A DNA stretch of 63,035 bases, filler included, from Dugesia japonica (lineage: Eukaryota), in the NCBI GenBank assembly GCA_001938525.1. It is 6 parts of 6 records of this genome, joined end to end, with 100 filler letters (N's around TTAATTAATTAA, not from the genome) between each part and the next. Parts side by side here need not be neighbours in the genome. Positions count along the whole stretch, not along the records: positions 11,120 to 21,644 come from MQRL01469232.1; positions 21,745 to 30,981 come from MQRL01624887.1; 4 more parts are not named here. One strand, written 5' to 3'. Shown here piece by piece: positions 11,120 to 25,133 of this stretch (the first letter of the stretch is position 1; each line of letters begins with the position of its first letter). The position numbers were made by a program, and so were the translations under genes. The notes below the pieces were generated by a model that saw nothing but the letters and a program-made list of their open reading frames with translations, searched no databases and had not been told where the DNA came from.

Positions 11120-13249
11120 AAAAAGAAATCATTAACATCGGTGAGTAAACGTCTTTATCTAAAATAAAGTTTCTTTATAAATTGTTTAATTGAAAGGTTT
11201 ATTGTTAATAACAACAAATAAAATCAATAGATTGGGAGCCGGATTAAATAGAAATTGCATATCTAAGCATAGTCCCGCTGAATCCGGGAAAAGGAGGATC
11301 GTGTTACTAGAAAGAGTAGCACAAATTTCTGAGGTTGCTAAGTGTCATTCCCCACACAGAAAAGATATGCAGGAGAAGATATGATCAAGAGATTAAAAAA
11401 AAAGAAAACTAAAATCAAATATTAAAACAACATCAAAAGCCTAGCAACCCAACAATAATATCCTTAATCTGTTGCTATCATTTGTTATTTTCATTATCGC
11501 TGATTATATTTTGGTTACATTAAAACATCGGTTTTATTATTTTTTAAATTAAATTTCTAATTTTTTATTCTACACAACTTGGTTATATTCACTATTTATT
11601 CAATTTGTGTTATGCGTTTTTAACAATATTTTATTTTTATATTCAACTTTTATTTACATACTAAATAAAATAACAACATTAAAAATTAAAATTATTAGTT
11701 ATTCACATAATTTTATTAAAAAACTACAAAATAAACAATTATAAAAAAGTTAGTAACAATCAAACTTGAATTTACACAATTTATTTTTCAAAAAATATTC
11801 CAATGACATTATTAAAACAAACACTCTTATTTATAAAACATTTATCAAATTAAATACTATTTTTCATTAAAAAATTCTTTTTAATTATTTCTCATACTTT
11901 TATTGTAGGGAAATTTTATAATTGGTTCTACTCCAACAAGTTGCACAAAATAAATTTAAACAAATATCAATAGAATAAATGTGTGAGACTAGAACACAGT
12001 CAAGAAACAAAAATAATAATTAATCAAAAAATAGTCAACAGTATTGGTAAGAAAATGAATTCGAATACTTCACTGTGATTAAAAACTCAATAACGAAAGT
12101 ATTGAGTATAAAAATAAACGCAGAAATGTTACTAACTTATAAAATGATTGAAAAAGAATAAGTAAACATCTAACAAGAGCCAGTCAAAATATAAAAAAAT
12201 AAGCAAATTAATTAAAAATATCCGCTGTTATGAAATAAGAATTAAAAAATTAGGATCAATAATAAAATCAAAGAAAATGTAGATATTCGAAATTTATTAC
12301 AAATAAATACGAGAAATGAAAGAAAAATACTTAGTAAAAATCAATAATAATTATGAAAAGAATAGTTATCAAAATTCACTATATGGCGTCTGCCTTGTAT
12401 GCGTTTCTTCTATTCTATGAGGTTTATCAAATTGTAAGTTCGCTTTTTTTAGAAAATTCAAATTTATTCATACAAACATCTAAAACAAATAAATTAAATA
12501 TATTCGCCATTTTTATCTAGAGTCTCTTCTCAACGTTAGACCAAACTTTCGATACCATCTCTAAACTAGGTACTAAGCTTTTCATTAAAATAAGATAAGG
12601 CTTCGATCAAAACAAAACAAAATTTATTTGTAAAAAAAGTTCAAATTTTCGACAATAGTCTTCTTCAAGCAGCAACCGAGTCAAGCAGCTTTAAAAATTG
12701 TCTTTGTGTCAAAATAGAAAATGCATGGGATATGGAAGTAACCAAGAATAGGTAAAAAGAATAGTGCTAAAATACAGGTGTGTATATTAAGTAAAAATAC
12801 TCCTCGCTGGTGTGTCCAATAGATAAAAGAAATTTCGTGCTAATGTGCTTAATCCTTGGTTGAATGTAGTGTTGTTGTGCTCAGAAGGAATTACAAAATA
12901 AATGTAGCAATACACAGTACTCTGCTCCGGTTGATTGCTCACGCTCATATGAGTTTAATTATAATGATATAACAATAATGTAATCAGCAATTTTGATTGA
13001 TATAACATTTTTTTGGTTAAATGACTTTCCTAATTATTCATAATGGTTATTTAAAGTTATACTGTTTTCTCAACTTATAACTATTAGTAATGATTATTTC
13101 CTTAATTTCTATTTGCTAATAATGATATTTGGTAGTTAATAATAATAAGGATTAATTATAATAATTAGTAATATCGATAATTAATAACAATAAGGATTGT
13201 TGGACACAATTAATAATAATGAATATTAGTAATAAGAGGGATTAACGGT

Positions 13250-13313
13250 TGTTAGACTTGGAATTCAAATTAAGCATGAAATATATTCATTATATCAATA
13301 ATGAAACAGTTAG

Positions 13314-13347
<34 letters not shown>

Positions 13348-13495
13348 CTTTTGAAGAATCAGATATGTAATAAATTTGAGCACTTAAAATTATACTCAAA
13401 CTTATACATTCAATCAGGCATTCACCTTTTATTAAATATGTAATACTCTTTCAGATATGCAAAGGTCAATATCGAAATATTAGTCATATCTCACA
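13250..13495 (-). mobile_element. 3' LTR of a Gypsy element (same family as 58961-59194)
   Basis: TGTTAGACTTGGAA...TAGTCATATCTCACA, homologous to 58961-59194. Minus-strand PPT-like AAAATGAAGGAA immediately precedes it; contains a (TA)n run. Confidence 0.8.
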
Positions 13496-13539
13496 TTCCT
13501 TCATTTTAAAGTGTTTTAACCATTCAATATTTTTTATTA

Positions 13540-14330
13540 TTTTTTTAACCAATTATTAGTTCTAATTTAAAACTTTTATCGTCTATGTTTTGTATAATTC
13601 TTGCTGGTCCTTCATATCTGTTTTTATGAAGACTCTCTTTTAATTAAAACTTCGTCACCAATATTAAATTTACAAATTATATTATTCTTTTCTAAGTTTT
13701 TGGAATTTTCATAGTTATTTAAATTGTTTATAATTATTTTACACTTTAGATTTCTTTCATTAAAATTATTTTGATAATTCTTAAGAATCCCTTATTTGTT
13801 TAAGTTTTTCCCAAAAATTATTAAATCTAGAGAAACATTCGTCGTTCTCTTAATTGGGGTGTTCAATATAAATTCTATTTCTTGTAAAATTTCTATTCAG
13901 TCCTGCATTTTTTTATCCTGTAGACTAATATGAATTATATTTCATATAGTTCGAAATTGTCTTTCAATTATTCCATTGGATTTCATAATTGAATTTCTTT
14001 GCTGCTTGTTGGAATAAAATTGATTCAAATAATTTTCAACTATCTGCATTATTCTCAGTGCACCATTTTTCAAAATGCAATTGTTTTTTAATATTTTAAC
14101 AGTAGTTTTTTGTCTTTATGTGATACTGCATTGAGAGATAAATTTATTGAATTTATCAATTATAGCTAAAATATATTATTTTCCATATAATTTTCTCTTT
14201 AAAGCACCATAAAAATCAATATAGATGATTTCAAAGATGTCATAAGCTGGAATACTGATATTTTTTCTTTAGTTTGAGTTGTCTGTGTTTTTCTTAATTG
14301 TCAATTTTTACAACTTTGAGCAACCTAAAA
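13540..14330 (-). mobile_element. Degenerate Gypsy integrase
   Basis: Minus-strand fragments SNGIIERQFRTI, LQEIEFILNTP...TTNVSL and RYEGPARII, upstream of the PPT/LTR. Confidence 0.75.
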
Positions 14331-15859
14331 ATTAATTGATTCCATAATAAATGAAAAATTAGATAATTACTTTTATGAATATGAACTTCAAGACTGCGTT
14401 AATTCTTGATTTTAAGGAATTTCAAAAAGTGCTTAAAGCACTCTTGATGAATTCTTTATAATAATATAAATTAATATAACTAAAAGTTCTGAAAATGAAT
14501 TACTCAAAATATACTCATTTATGCTTATTAAACTTTAAAATGACGTTTCAACTTTTAAAGTATAGTACAAATTTTGATTTGAAAGATTTTAACGAAAGTT
14601 TAACGTATTCGTGAGTTGATAATTTAGTTAGACAAGGTCAACCATAACAATGTGAAAAATCACTTTTAGGAAAGAGCTGATGATATTACTCATACGAATA
14701 ACTTCATAAGAGTTAGTTAAATCATGTATATGTAGCTACAACGGCAATAGCAACATCGAATAAAATTTACTTCATCCTTAATTTATGGAAGAAATACGTA
14801 TTAAAAACAGAAAAAGTAAATAAATTTGTTAAATTTAAAATGACATTCAAAGACACTTTTATTCCATCAATAAAATCAACTTGTTTTGCTACAATTTCTA
14901 AATTGACTGCAATTAAAGTCCTCCGTGTCTTGATTTTTATGAATAAACATATAGATTTGAAAGAAAATCGCCGAAAAAGACTAATATCGAAAATTCGGAT
15001 TACTAACAAAGAAGAAAAGAAGCATTTTTGATTTAAACCTTTTAATTTATTGAAGTTTTAAGTTTACTCGTTTCGATTTATATAAATATAATGAAAGCAC
15101 CATCATAACATGTAGCTCAAATATAATTTAAAATAATACGTTCATTATTTTTTAAAGTATTTATTATTTAACTTGTTTATTTTTCAGTGCTATACTATGT
15201 ATTTGTCCCGAATTGTATAACAAATTATTATGAATTTTATTAGTGAATAATAATTTTTAATATTTTTGATTACAGATAATTGTTACAGATAATAGATAAT
15301 TGTATTTCGTTATTACTAACTATTATTGTTAATTATTGATTAAATATCTAGCATATTATAATAAAAAAATATTAAAAGTAAAATTTTATGACTGACAAAA
15401 ATCGCGTGTTCAAAAAATTAAATTAATTTAAGTGAGAATAAAAATCCTGAAATATTAAATACAAATTAAGATCGAAAGTTAACATCGATATTTTTGTGAA
15501 TGTATATGAAATTCAAACCCTTAAATATCGCGATTTAAAAACTAAATCAATGCCTCATATGTTGTTAAAAAATATGATTTTTATAACTGAAAATTAAGAT
15601 TTTTCATATCGTTTTATAATATCACGTACTTTTTGAATATTATATTCATGACGTATTTTTATTGGAAATTATTATTTAAAAATGTGGTAAATAATAGCAA
15701 AAGGTTAAAATGAGTTAATTTAATTGCATTGTCAATCTATTAAACATTTAAGTTTTGTATTACAATTTTGTCTTAATTATTTAAAATATTTAAAATTACT
15801 TAGTTAATTTGAAAATAAATTGTTTTAGTGAGTAAATTTCAAATATATCAACATTAAAT

Positions 15860-18042
15860 ATGGTAAAAACTTTTCTATTTATATGATTTTTTATTTTTTC
15901 TGGTTTAGGAAAACTTCAATCGTAAAAGAGCAAAACCTGATGATTGGGAAGACATTGAACCATCCAAAGTTATACATATAAGGGAGTTAGCTGAACATAC
16001 ATTAGAAATTGATGTTTCTCGGGCCATGGAAAAATTTGGTCCAATTCGTGATATAGCAATGATACCCAAGAGACGTCAAGCATTGGTAGAATTTGAAAAT
16101 TTACCTTCTGCTCAAGAAGTTGTTAAAAGGTGACTTGTTATTTAATGATATTTATTTAAAACGTTTGTAGATATCGAAATGATATTATATATATCGCCAA
16201 TAGACCGGCTAAAATAAATTTTAGTACTTCCGAGCATGTTCTNNNNNNNNNNNNNNNNNNNNNNNNNNNNNNNNNNACTGCAAATAAAGTGTTGATATTT
16301 TTCATATACGATGCTATTTATCCCATAAATGTTGATGTAATTACTAAAATATGCAAACCGCATGGTAGAGTTATTCGAATATTTATCAACAGAAAGGCTT
16401 CAGTCATGCAGGTATGTTTTAAAGTTGAATAATTTGTCAAAATCACTTAGATTTATCTGGCAGCCATTTTGATTTTTTAAATTTGTGCACGTTATTTTTA
16501 AATTTTCCGAACTATGAAAACTTTTTAATAAGCTTAGTTAAGTAATCGTTTAAATTTATTTATTGTCTTCAAAAATTCATTTAATATACTGAATTTTCGT
16601 ATAAATTGATTAAACATTATGGAGATGTGTAATATTTAGCCTTAAATTTAGTTGTTAATTTTACAATTCAATGGAATGAAAATTTTCCTTATATGTAAAT
16701 AATTATATCGATAAAATAAAAAACAATATAACTCATTAATGCAAATGCCCCTAAAAGATTTTAATTGAATTTTACTAAAAAGTTAAATATTTAAAACAAT
16801 TTATTGTTAATTAATTTTTTATAATTATTCTAGCAAATGAAGTTTATTTAATGTTAATCTTTTAAGGCACTTGTGGAATTTTACACAGTTGATGATGCCG
16901 TTAGAGTTAAACGTAATTTGAATGGTGCTGATATATATTCTGGATGTTGTACCTTGAAAATTGAATATGCCACTACAAATCGTGTTAATGTTGTCCANAA
17001 TTCAGAAGACAGTTATGATTTTGAAGGATCGCATATGAATGTTCGGGGATCTCAATCATTATTAGGATTACCCAACAATTCCGAAATGCCACCTCCGCGT
17101 GAGGGTCTTATGAGCAGACCATATGATCCTCCTAGAAGGGAATCACAATTTAATGGTTCCTACGGAAGTGGGAGAGAAAGTGGATATTATGACGAAATGA
17201 GAGAACCCAGTAGAAGAATGATGCCTCTGAATAATTCACTCGATAGTTCATATGGATATGAGGAAGATTATGGCCGTGAGCCTGATAGAAATTATAATGG
17301 TGGACCTCGTGTTGCTATGATATATGGTCTTAATTTAGAATTTGTCAATTGCGATAATTTATTCAATCTGCTATGTATATACGGAAATGTAGTCAAAATA
17401 AAATTCTTGAAAAGTAAAGAGGGATCAGCAATGGTACAAATGAGTGACGGTGTATCGGTTGATCGTATGATACATCTTTTACATAACCAGGTATTATTCG
17501 GGAAAACACTGCAATTTCAAGTATCTAAACAACCAGTTATTATGGATGTTCCGTCACCATACAAATTACCTGATGGTACTGATTCATTTAAAGAATATAT
17601 CAATTGCCGTGAAAATCGTTTTCTTACTCCTCAACTTGCTGAAAAAAATCGCGTTTTTCCACCTTCAAAAACAATAAATTACTGGAATGCTCCACCTAAT
17701 TTTGGATTGGAAATGATACAAGCTGAATTTAAAAAGTATAAAGCTGTTGAACCACCAGAATTCTTCCAATTAACGAATCGGGATAAATCATCTTCTGGTT
17801 TACTTCAATGGGCATCGATTGAAGATGCCACAAATGCCATTGCATTATGCAATCATATCATGATTGAAAGTGAAGGCGCCAAATTCCCATATCAATTAAA
17901 GCTAAGTTTCTCTGAGAGCCCCATAAGACATGGACCACCTTTTGGAAATAAAAAAGAAGCTGGAACTGATTCTGTACCGTTTAATCGCAAGGCAAGGGAA
18001 CGACCACCATTCTTTGTTCCTAGTAAGCGTGGCCGATTCTAG
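15860..18042 (+). CDS. HNRNPL: Heterogeneous nuclear ribonucleoprotein L (4 RRMs), ~546 aa; exons 15860-15862, 15909-16129, 16171-16411, 16867-18042
   Basis: RRM1 SKVIHIRELAEH...MIPKRRQALVEFE; RRM2 NKVLIFFIYDAIYPINVDV...LNGADIYSGCCTLKIEYA; RRM3 MIYGLN...NLLCIYGNVVKIKFLKSKEGSAMVQM; RRM4 PPSKTINYWNAP. All GT-AG junctions keep frame, including across the N gap. AATAAA near 18168. Confidence 0.93.
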
Positions 18043-20273
18043 GTGAGTCGCAATAATTGCATAATTTGCTCGTTGATTCGTCTTATTTTGTCTAATTGTC
18101 ACATCAGGCGATATAAAAGTGTAGTTATTTCTACATTAAAATCAATATATGTATACATTTTGTAACAATAAAATATTTATTCATAATCAATGACAATTTT
18201 GGACAAAATAAGTTTATCAAAGTGCATTTAAGGTTTAATACAATTCAAAATATACATATATGAACACAGGAAATAAAACTTTTCCATTTTAGACACACGA
18301 GAAAGAGAATTACATGCTGGAAACATTTTGCAAATACATCAGTTACATTATAAATGTTCGTCATATTCACACGTTTGTTATTCGTACAAATATAAAGTTG
18401 CATTTTTAATTTATTTGCATGGTGCAATATTAAATATTTCATTCATATTATAAATGCATTTAAAAAAAACAAAACATGGGCAAATTAATTACAATACAAA
18501 ATGTCAAACTGCATTTAGTTTTCATTTTGGTAGACCCATTTTCTTATTTTTATGTTTTATTGTTTTTTTTTTGAAAGCTTTGGAATTTGCTGTTAGCTAT
18601 TAAAATTTTAATAATTGGTGTTCAATTTTATTTTTAAAAATATATTGCTAATATTTGTTATTTCTTGAATAAACAAATGTAAATTGCATTTCATCTTGAG
18701 TTGTTTTCTATTTTGTGGTTCTACTGGAAATTGTAAAAAATTATAGATATCTTAAGGTTATCAATAGAATATTAAAATTTCAAAGCCATTTCTAGTTATT
18801 TAGAATTACAAAGTGTTTTAGAAAATTAAAAATTCAGTTGAATATATATGTATTGTAATAGAAAATTGGTTAGCGATTTTGTATATATTGATTTCCGATT
18901 TTTTTAATTATGTAGTTGAAATAATAAAAAATAAATATTGACAAAAGTTCTGATTCATGGTACCGGACAAAAAGTTCCCGAGTGAAAACTAGGACAAATG
19001 TTTCTTGGTTGAAATATTCAACTTCGAGGATTTCTTGTCCGGGTTTTAAACTTTAGGACTTTCTATAACCGACTGATACATAAATCTACTCCATGGCTTT
19101 ATTCAATTTCATGTCCGATTCGAACATTACTAAAACCAAACATGATTAGAAATTGAAATCAAATGAAAACTATAAAAGCTATTTTCATTAAATAAATTTT
19201 ATTAAGCATTTGTTTTTAAACATTTTTATAATTTAACAATTTGCAGTCAATGTTTTGCGATAATTGGTTTATTGACACATTAACAGCACTACAGAAGAAT
19301 ATTTATATGTTAACTCTTTGAGGCGTACAATTTTAGAAAATAATTATTTTTATTAATAAATTTGTAATAAGAGAATAACAATATAATAAAAAATAATAAT
19401 TCAATTAAGTTTATTTCATATTTACGCATAAAATAGGTGGGGCACTTAATACCGCCATGCCAAGAGTTGAACAATTACAAATTCTAATAATAGTTGGAAT
19501 AAATTAATAATATTTTGGGTATTGAAAGTTCAGGAATATTTTATAAATGATTTTGGCTATTAAAGAATGGATTAAAAAGTTGGGTTGAATTATGATTTGA
19601 AAGGATTCTTAGTTTTTTTTCATATTGCATTATTAGGATAATTTAAAGGAAAAATCTGCCCGATATTATAATAAAGTTTTAAATTATTTCTATAAAAGGT
19701 AAAAAAAACTTAGTTTTTATATCCGAAATAAGTACTCATATATAGATTCATTTTATTCTAGATCGATATCAATTATTTTGGAGATTTCATTTGGAGAATT
19801 TTAGATCTTCATATTTAGTTGGAATAATTTATAAATCCCGGTCATATTTTAATGGATTTTTTTCAATTCTCGTAATATGGATATGGTTTTACTGGATTCA
19901 ATAAGTTCGATTAGAAATCTAATAATGTTTAAGGTAAAAAGAAAGAAACTACTGTTTTACTTTTTCTTCAATTTCTTTTGAAATTTTGCTTTCTGGTTAC
20001 ATTTTTGTAAATTGATTGTTCTAGAAATTTCAATTTTTGAATAATTAGTTATTGAATATCAATAAATGTACCAATGGTAGTTATGAAATTATTCTAATTT
20101 AGTTCTAAGTGATTTATATTTTCTGTTTATTGTCGTTGCAATTTATTATTGTTATTGCAATTTCAGTTACTTTAAACTATATAGATTGCTGGTAAGTTTT
20201 ATTATTTGGTTGAAGTTAAATATATTAAATTTTACATTAAATTAGTTTTTATTTCTAAATGAATTATCTAAAT

Positions 20274-20447
20274 CAGTGTTTTCCAACAGATGGTCCGCGA
20301 AATATTCTTAAAAATTATTATGCGTGTAATCAATTTTATACCAAACTTTTAATTTTTTTCCAATCAACGTTATTTGTGATTATATTACATAATTGATTAT
20401 CTACTTAAAATTTCATCAGCGTTATTAATTTAAGTTGAGAAACACTG
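20274..20447. mobile_element. hAT-type MITE
   Basis: TIRs CAGTGTTTTCCAAC / GTTGAGAAACACTG; 8-bp TSD ATCTAAAT / ATCTAATT (7/8). Confidence 0.8.
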
Positions 20448-21644
20448 ATCTAATTTACGTTTACTTTTTGTATTTAACAAAATTATGTATATCAAGTTAA
20501 ATGCTTGATATTTTGAAATTAATTTAAAATATGCAACTTAGTATCAATATCTCTGCCGTTTATTTACTATTTTTGTAAGTAATGTCCTAAATGATTTAAA
20601 GTGGGAAATATGAATAGTTTAGTCGTTCGTTTTCATTCCTTCTATTTATGACCTTCATTCTTGACCTTACAGTTTGTCTCATTATTCTTATATAATCTAA
20701 GGTTTTCTAATTTTCCGATAACTACTTAGCAGATTTTAAAGATGCCAATCAATTTTTCTCTTTGTTTTCTATAACTTGAAAGTATTTCTACAGGTTACTT
20801 GGATTAAATTATCATTAAAGATTAATTGAATTCCCTTTAGTGAATTTAATTTTTTCCAATTCTTCATAGCAGTGTTTTTCAAACCTTTTCCACGTCCCCA
20901 TATGTTTTATGTCAGATCTATCCAGAAACCAAGCTAATATAGATTTATGTATGAAATTGGAAGGTGTGTACTAAATTGTCCATAAATTTTTCTTAAGTAT
21001 ACTGTTCATAAACATGAAAAATTTATTAGATAAGATAAAAAATATATACAGTTAAACGAAAACCCCCATTTAGTGAATGTATTTCGTCGTCCCGGCAACG
21101 ATAAGGCCTTTCATATATTAAGAAACCTCTGATTTAACGAAAACCTCGATTTAGCAAAAAGATTTGTTTTGAATTTCTGTAAAAAGTCCCTTAACAAGTA
21201 CATGAGTGCTGCAAAGCATGTTCAACTCTTGGCTGGCAGCACTTGAATATCATCATATGCTCTTTTTTTTAATGTAATTAACGTCTCTCTATTTATATCT
21301 TTGATTTAGTGAAGCCTGTACAATGCTTAACTGTTTATTCAATTCGGTCTTCTTTCAGTGATTATGTGTATATGTTGGGTATTCTTACTCAACAAAAGAT
21401 TTTATGGTTCGTAATCAATAATCACTTTATGATTTTTCGGGTGTTGATGTGTGTGTCAATACAATATTATATATATGCAATATTTTAAGAAAGTTAGATA
21501 ATGTAATATATGTATTGTTCCTATATAAATAAATAAAATACACTTTTTATCAAGATGATATTTTGGATGCATAACAATATACGTTACAATTTCTTATATT
21601 AACACTTAGATCGCAAGATTTTAATTAAATGAACGACTGCCGCC

Positions 21645-21744
21645 NNNNNNNNNNNNNNNNNNNNNNNNNNNNNNNNNNNNNNNNNNNNTTAATTAATTAA
21701 NNNNNNNNNNNNNNNNNNNNNNNNNNNNNNNNNNNNNNNNNNNN
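21645..21744. other. Artificial scaffold-joining spacer
   Basis: 44 N + TTAATTAATTAA + 44 N. Confidence 0.97.
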
Positions 21745-21749
21745 AACTA

Positions 21750-22270
21750 AAAAGCCTAAAAAATATTGCTGTTTAAAAAGCCTATAAAAATATTGCTGTT
21801 TAAAAAGCCTGAAAAACTTTTGCCAACTAAAAACATAGGACAAAATCAATAATCAAAATTAATTACATTATTTAACGCACACAAATGTGTGGCGCAACCT
21901 ATTTACATTTTTAAAATCCTATATCACTTATGTAAAAATTAGATTACGTCAGCGGCGGGGGGAAGTGTTCACACACAGGTAATGCAGTCCACCAATATCT
22001 ACCTACTGATTATATTAATAATAATCACCTGCGTGTGAATACCTCCCCCCGCCGCTGACGTAATCAGATTATTACATAAGTGATATAGGATTTTAAAAAT
22101 AAAAATAGGTTGCGCCACACATTTGTGTGCGTTAAATAATGTAATTAATCTCGTCGCGAGATTATTACATAAGTGATCCAGTATTTTTTATTTTTACTGT
22201 GTATTTAAAAAAGTTTTAAAGGCTTTTAAAGCAGTAGAATTTTATAGGCTTTTTAAGCAGTAGAATTTTT
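21750..22270. repeat. Long inverted repeat (two related transposon-end sequences head-to-head)
   Basis: 21859-21980 is nearly the exact reverse complement of 22027-22149, with a ~45-nt spacer; degenerate arms of AAAAAGCCT repeats extend further out. Confidence 0.9.
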
Positions 22271-23099
22271 CATGAGTATTTAATTGAGAATTCTTTCGGT
22301 GAGGTCGATTAAGGTAAATTTTTGGTTGGTCTAGGTGAATTTGGTCGGGAATTTTCTCGGTTAGGTCGAATATGGTCAATTATTTATACGGTTTAGGCAA
22401 TATTGGTCATTTTTGTTCTCAGGTTTGGTCAGTTTGGGTAATTTTTAGGCGAAAAGTCGAATTTGTTTAAGTTTTCTAGTTTTTTAAAATTATTTTAAAC
22501 TTTTTTGGTAAATTGGTGAAATTAAATCATTTTTGTTTAAACTTTCAGAATTTTAAAATTTTTTAAATCAAAGTTTTGTGGGAATCCGGGAAAACATCCA
22601 AATTTCGGAAATTTTTGAAAAATTTTTTGTCAAGATTTTTACATCAATCGATGGAGAATTCGATGGAGATTATTTTTCACAAATAAAAATTTTTCGAAAA
22701 ATTTATTTCTCATCTTTACATAAAGTTACCATGTCTATTAGATAGAAAATCTTTTGCTGATTACGAATATATAAATCTAAAATCGTCAAAGATTATCTAG
22801 GATGAAATAAATTTGGTTTTGTGGTGAAAAATCTCAAATTTTGAATTTTGGTGCTCATTTTTCTCTCTGTACACAACTCGTATGGTTTCAAATTTGGTAT
22901 TATTTTACTCAGGAAGAAAAAGTGACTATGTAAAATTAAATTATTGTCTCGGTAAAATTACTTCCTAACGAAGATATAGTTCTATTATTTTATATAAAAT
23001 GCATATCATACTAGGTCTCACTCAGTCTTATTGGCTTTCTTTATTAATATATGACACTTTTTAAAAATTATTGAAGTGAAGTCTATGAGAATATGAAGT

Positions 23100-24410
23100 A
23101 AAAGTAAAATAATAAAACTATTTCAGTATATTTTAATAATCTTATTGTACTCAACTTCTTTGCTTGCTCTTTTACATTTCTGCTTGCTCTTTGGTTTTAT
23201 GGGTTTATTTTTTTCCTTTTAAATACCCAATATTCAGATACATTGTTACAGCATATTGTTGATATATTTTTCAACATAGAAAATACTGAACTTATCATTA
23301 GAAATATTGATCTCATCATTGAAAATATTAGTTTCAATAGATAAAGTTATAGTTTCATCATTAAAAAACATCGGGTTTATCATGAAAATACTGGTTCTAT
23401 TATGCAAAGATAGATTATTTTTCTCCATGTACCGCATACCTTATTTCTTGAATTGTCTCAATTATTCGATAAGGTCCTTCAAATCTGTATTGACTTTTAT
23501 TTCTTGTTTCTATCTTAATGAGTACAAAGTCGCCCACTTTGAATTCTCTATTTGTATTCTCATCTGAGTGTTTTCTTTAGTTTTACCGGAAACGTCCGAC
23601 TCATATCATTTTTCTCTGCTAATTTTCTTTCCAAATAAAATCTCAGCTGGGCTCACTCCAGTCGTCTTAGGCTTTCTTGCGTTCATTGTGAATTATATTT
23701 CCGGTAAAAGATCTACCCAATCTGTTATCTTTCTTTCCTGAAGTGTTGCATTAATCAAATCTCGAATTATCCGGAACTGTCTCTCAATTTGTCCGTTTGC
23801 AATATGATGATAGGGACTCGAAAAGCAAAGTTTAATATCTAACTTCACTGCAAACTCTCTTGTAACTTTGGATTCAAAAGCTTTTCCAAAATCGAGTCTT
23901 ATTTCTCTTGGACATCCAAATCTCAATATCCACTTTTCAAAACTAGCTTTTCGTATTGTTTCTTCGTCTTGTCTAGGCAATAGTATAAGAACCAGATATT
24001 TACTGTATTGGTAGATTATTCCAAGAATGTATTTTTTTCGTCCACTTGTTTCCCGCATTTGCCCACATATATCTGTGAATATCACTTCAAACAAATTTGT
24101 AGCTTCTAATCTCTTTGTGAGTCGTCACTACTTTGATCTTCTGACAAATTTCACAACTACGAACTATTTTCTGTATTTAGCTCCACAAATTCTACGCAAT
24201 ATATTTGTTTCTCATGTATTCGTGCACCTTCTCAACTCCTGCATGACATAATAATTTATGTATTTATTCTATTGTGTTATGTATTTTGTCCTCAGAAATG
24301 TTTAATTGCTCTTCTTTTTCCTTTTCAATCATGTTTAGTATTCTCGTTTTAATCTTCTTATTCTTGTCATCTTGATGTGACATTTGATATTGTACGATAT
24401 TGATATTGTA
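23100..24410 (-). mobile_element. Degenerate Gypsy integrase region
   Basis: ORF 23693-24094: FEVIFTDICG...WILRFGCPREIRLDFGKAF...SSPYHHIANGQIERQFR (rve core); upstream QMSHQDDKNKKIKTRILN linker. Confidence 0.88.
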
Positions 24411-25133
24411 ATCGATTACATAATTCCGAACTTATGTATATGTTCTCTATTCTTAGTTTTAATAACAGTTTGCCTGAAGATGACAGATACACTGTCGAAA
24501 CTTGTGCTAAATAAATATTTAATTACATGGCGTATTAAATTATTTATAAATAGATTGTCATTATTCTTTAACTTTTTGGATTATTATTTTNNNNNNNNNN
24601 NNNNNNNNNNNNNNNNNNNNNNNNNNNNNNNNNNNNNNNNNNNNNNNNNNNNNNNNNNNNTTATTATTATTATTATTATTATATTACTATTATTATATCA
24701 TTATTATTACTAATATTATTTCTATTATTATTATAATTAATAATTTTGAAATTTGAAATAGAAAAGTAATATTAATTTTTAAAAGTTGCATAAATCATAA
24801 ATTTTAATTGTCACAGATTTGCATTTCATTGTTATAATATATAAGATTTCCTAATCTAATCCGACATAAATACACTTGAAAACCTAATAAAACTAAATAT
24901 AATAATAGCATGTAAAATTGTATTTGAAACAATCCAAATAATAACAATATAAAATACAATTTTCAAAAATTTAAATAATAGTAATAAAACTGTTTATTGA
25001 AGTTTCTTTTTGTATTTGTAAAATAAATACAAAGATATTTATGGATGCAATAAAGAAATTCACTTGAAATGCGATAAAAATTCCGATATATAATTGAATT
25101 TATTTTTCATTTCTGTATTATTTAGATATAATC

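Noticed and set aside
14560-15031. Coding gene in ORFs 14767-15009 / 14840-15031
   Set aside because: Short and broken; at best a heavily decayed hAT C-terminus.
17902-18102. Antisense 66-aa ORF over the hnRNP L 3' end
   Set aside because: Shadow ORF of a real gene; no independent support.
19310-19470. piggyBac-like MITE (TTAACTCTT...AAGAGTTGA)
   Set aside because: The TIR match is only ~5-7 bp and the right TTAA is imperfect; too weak to call.
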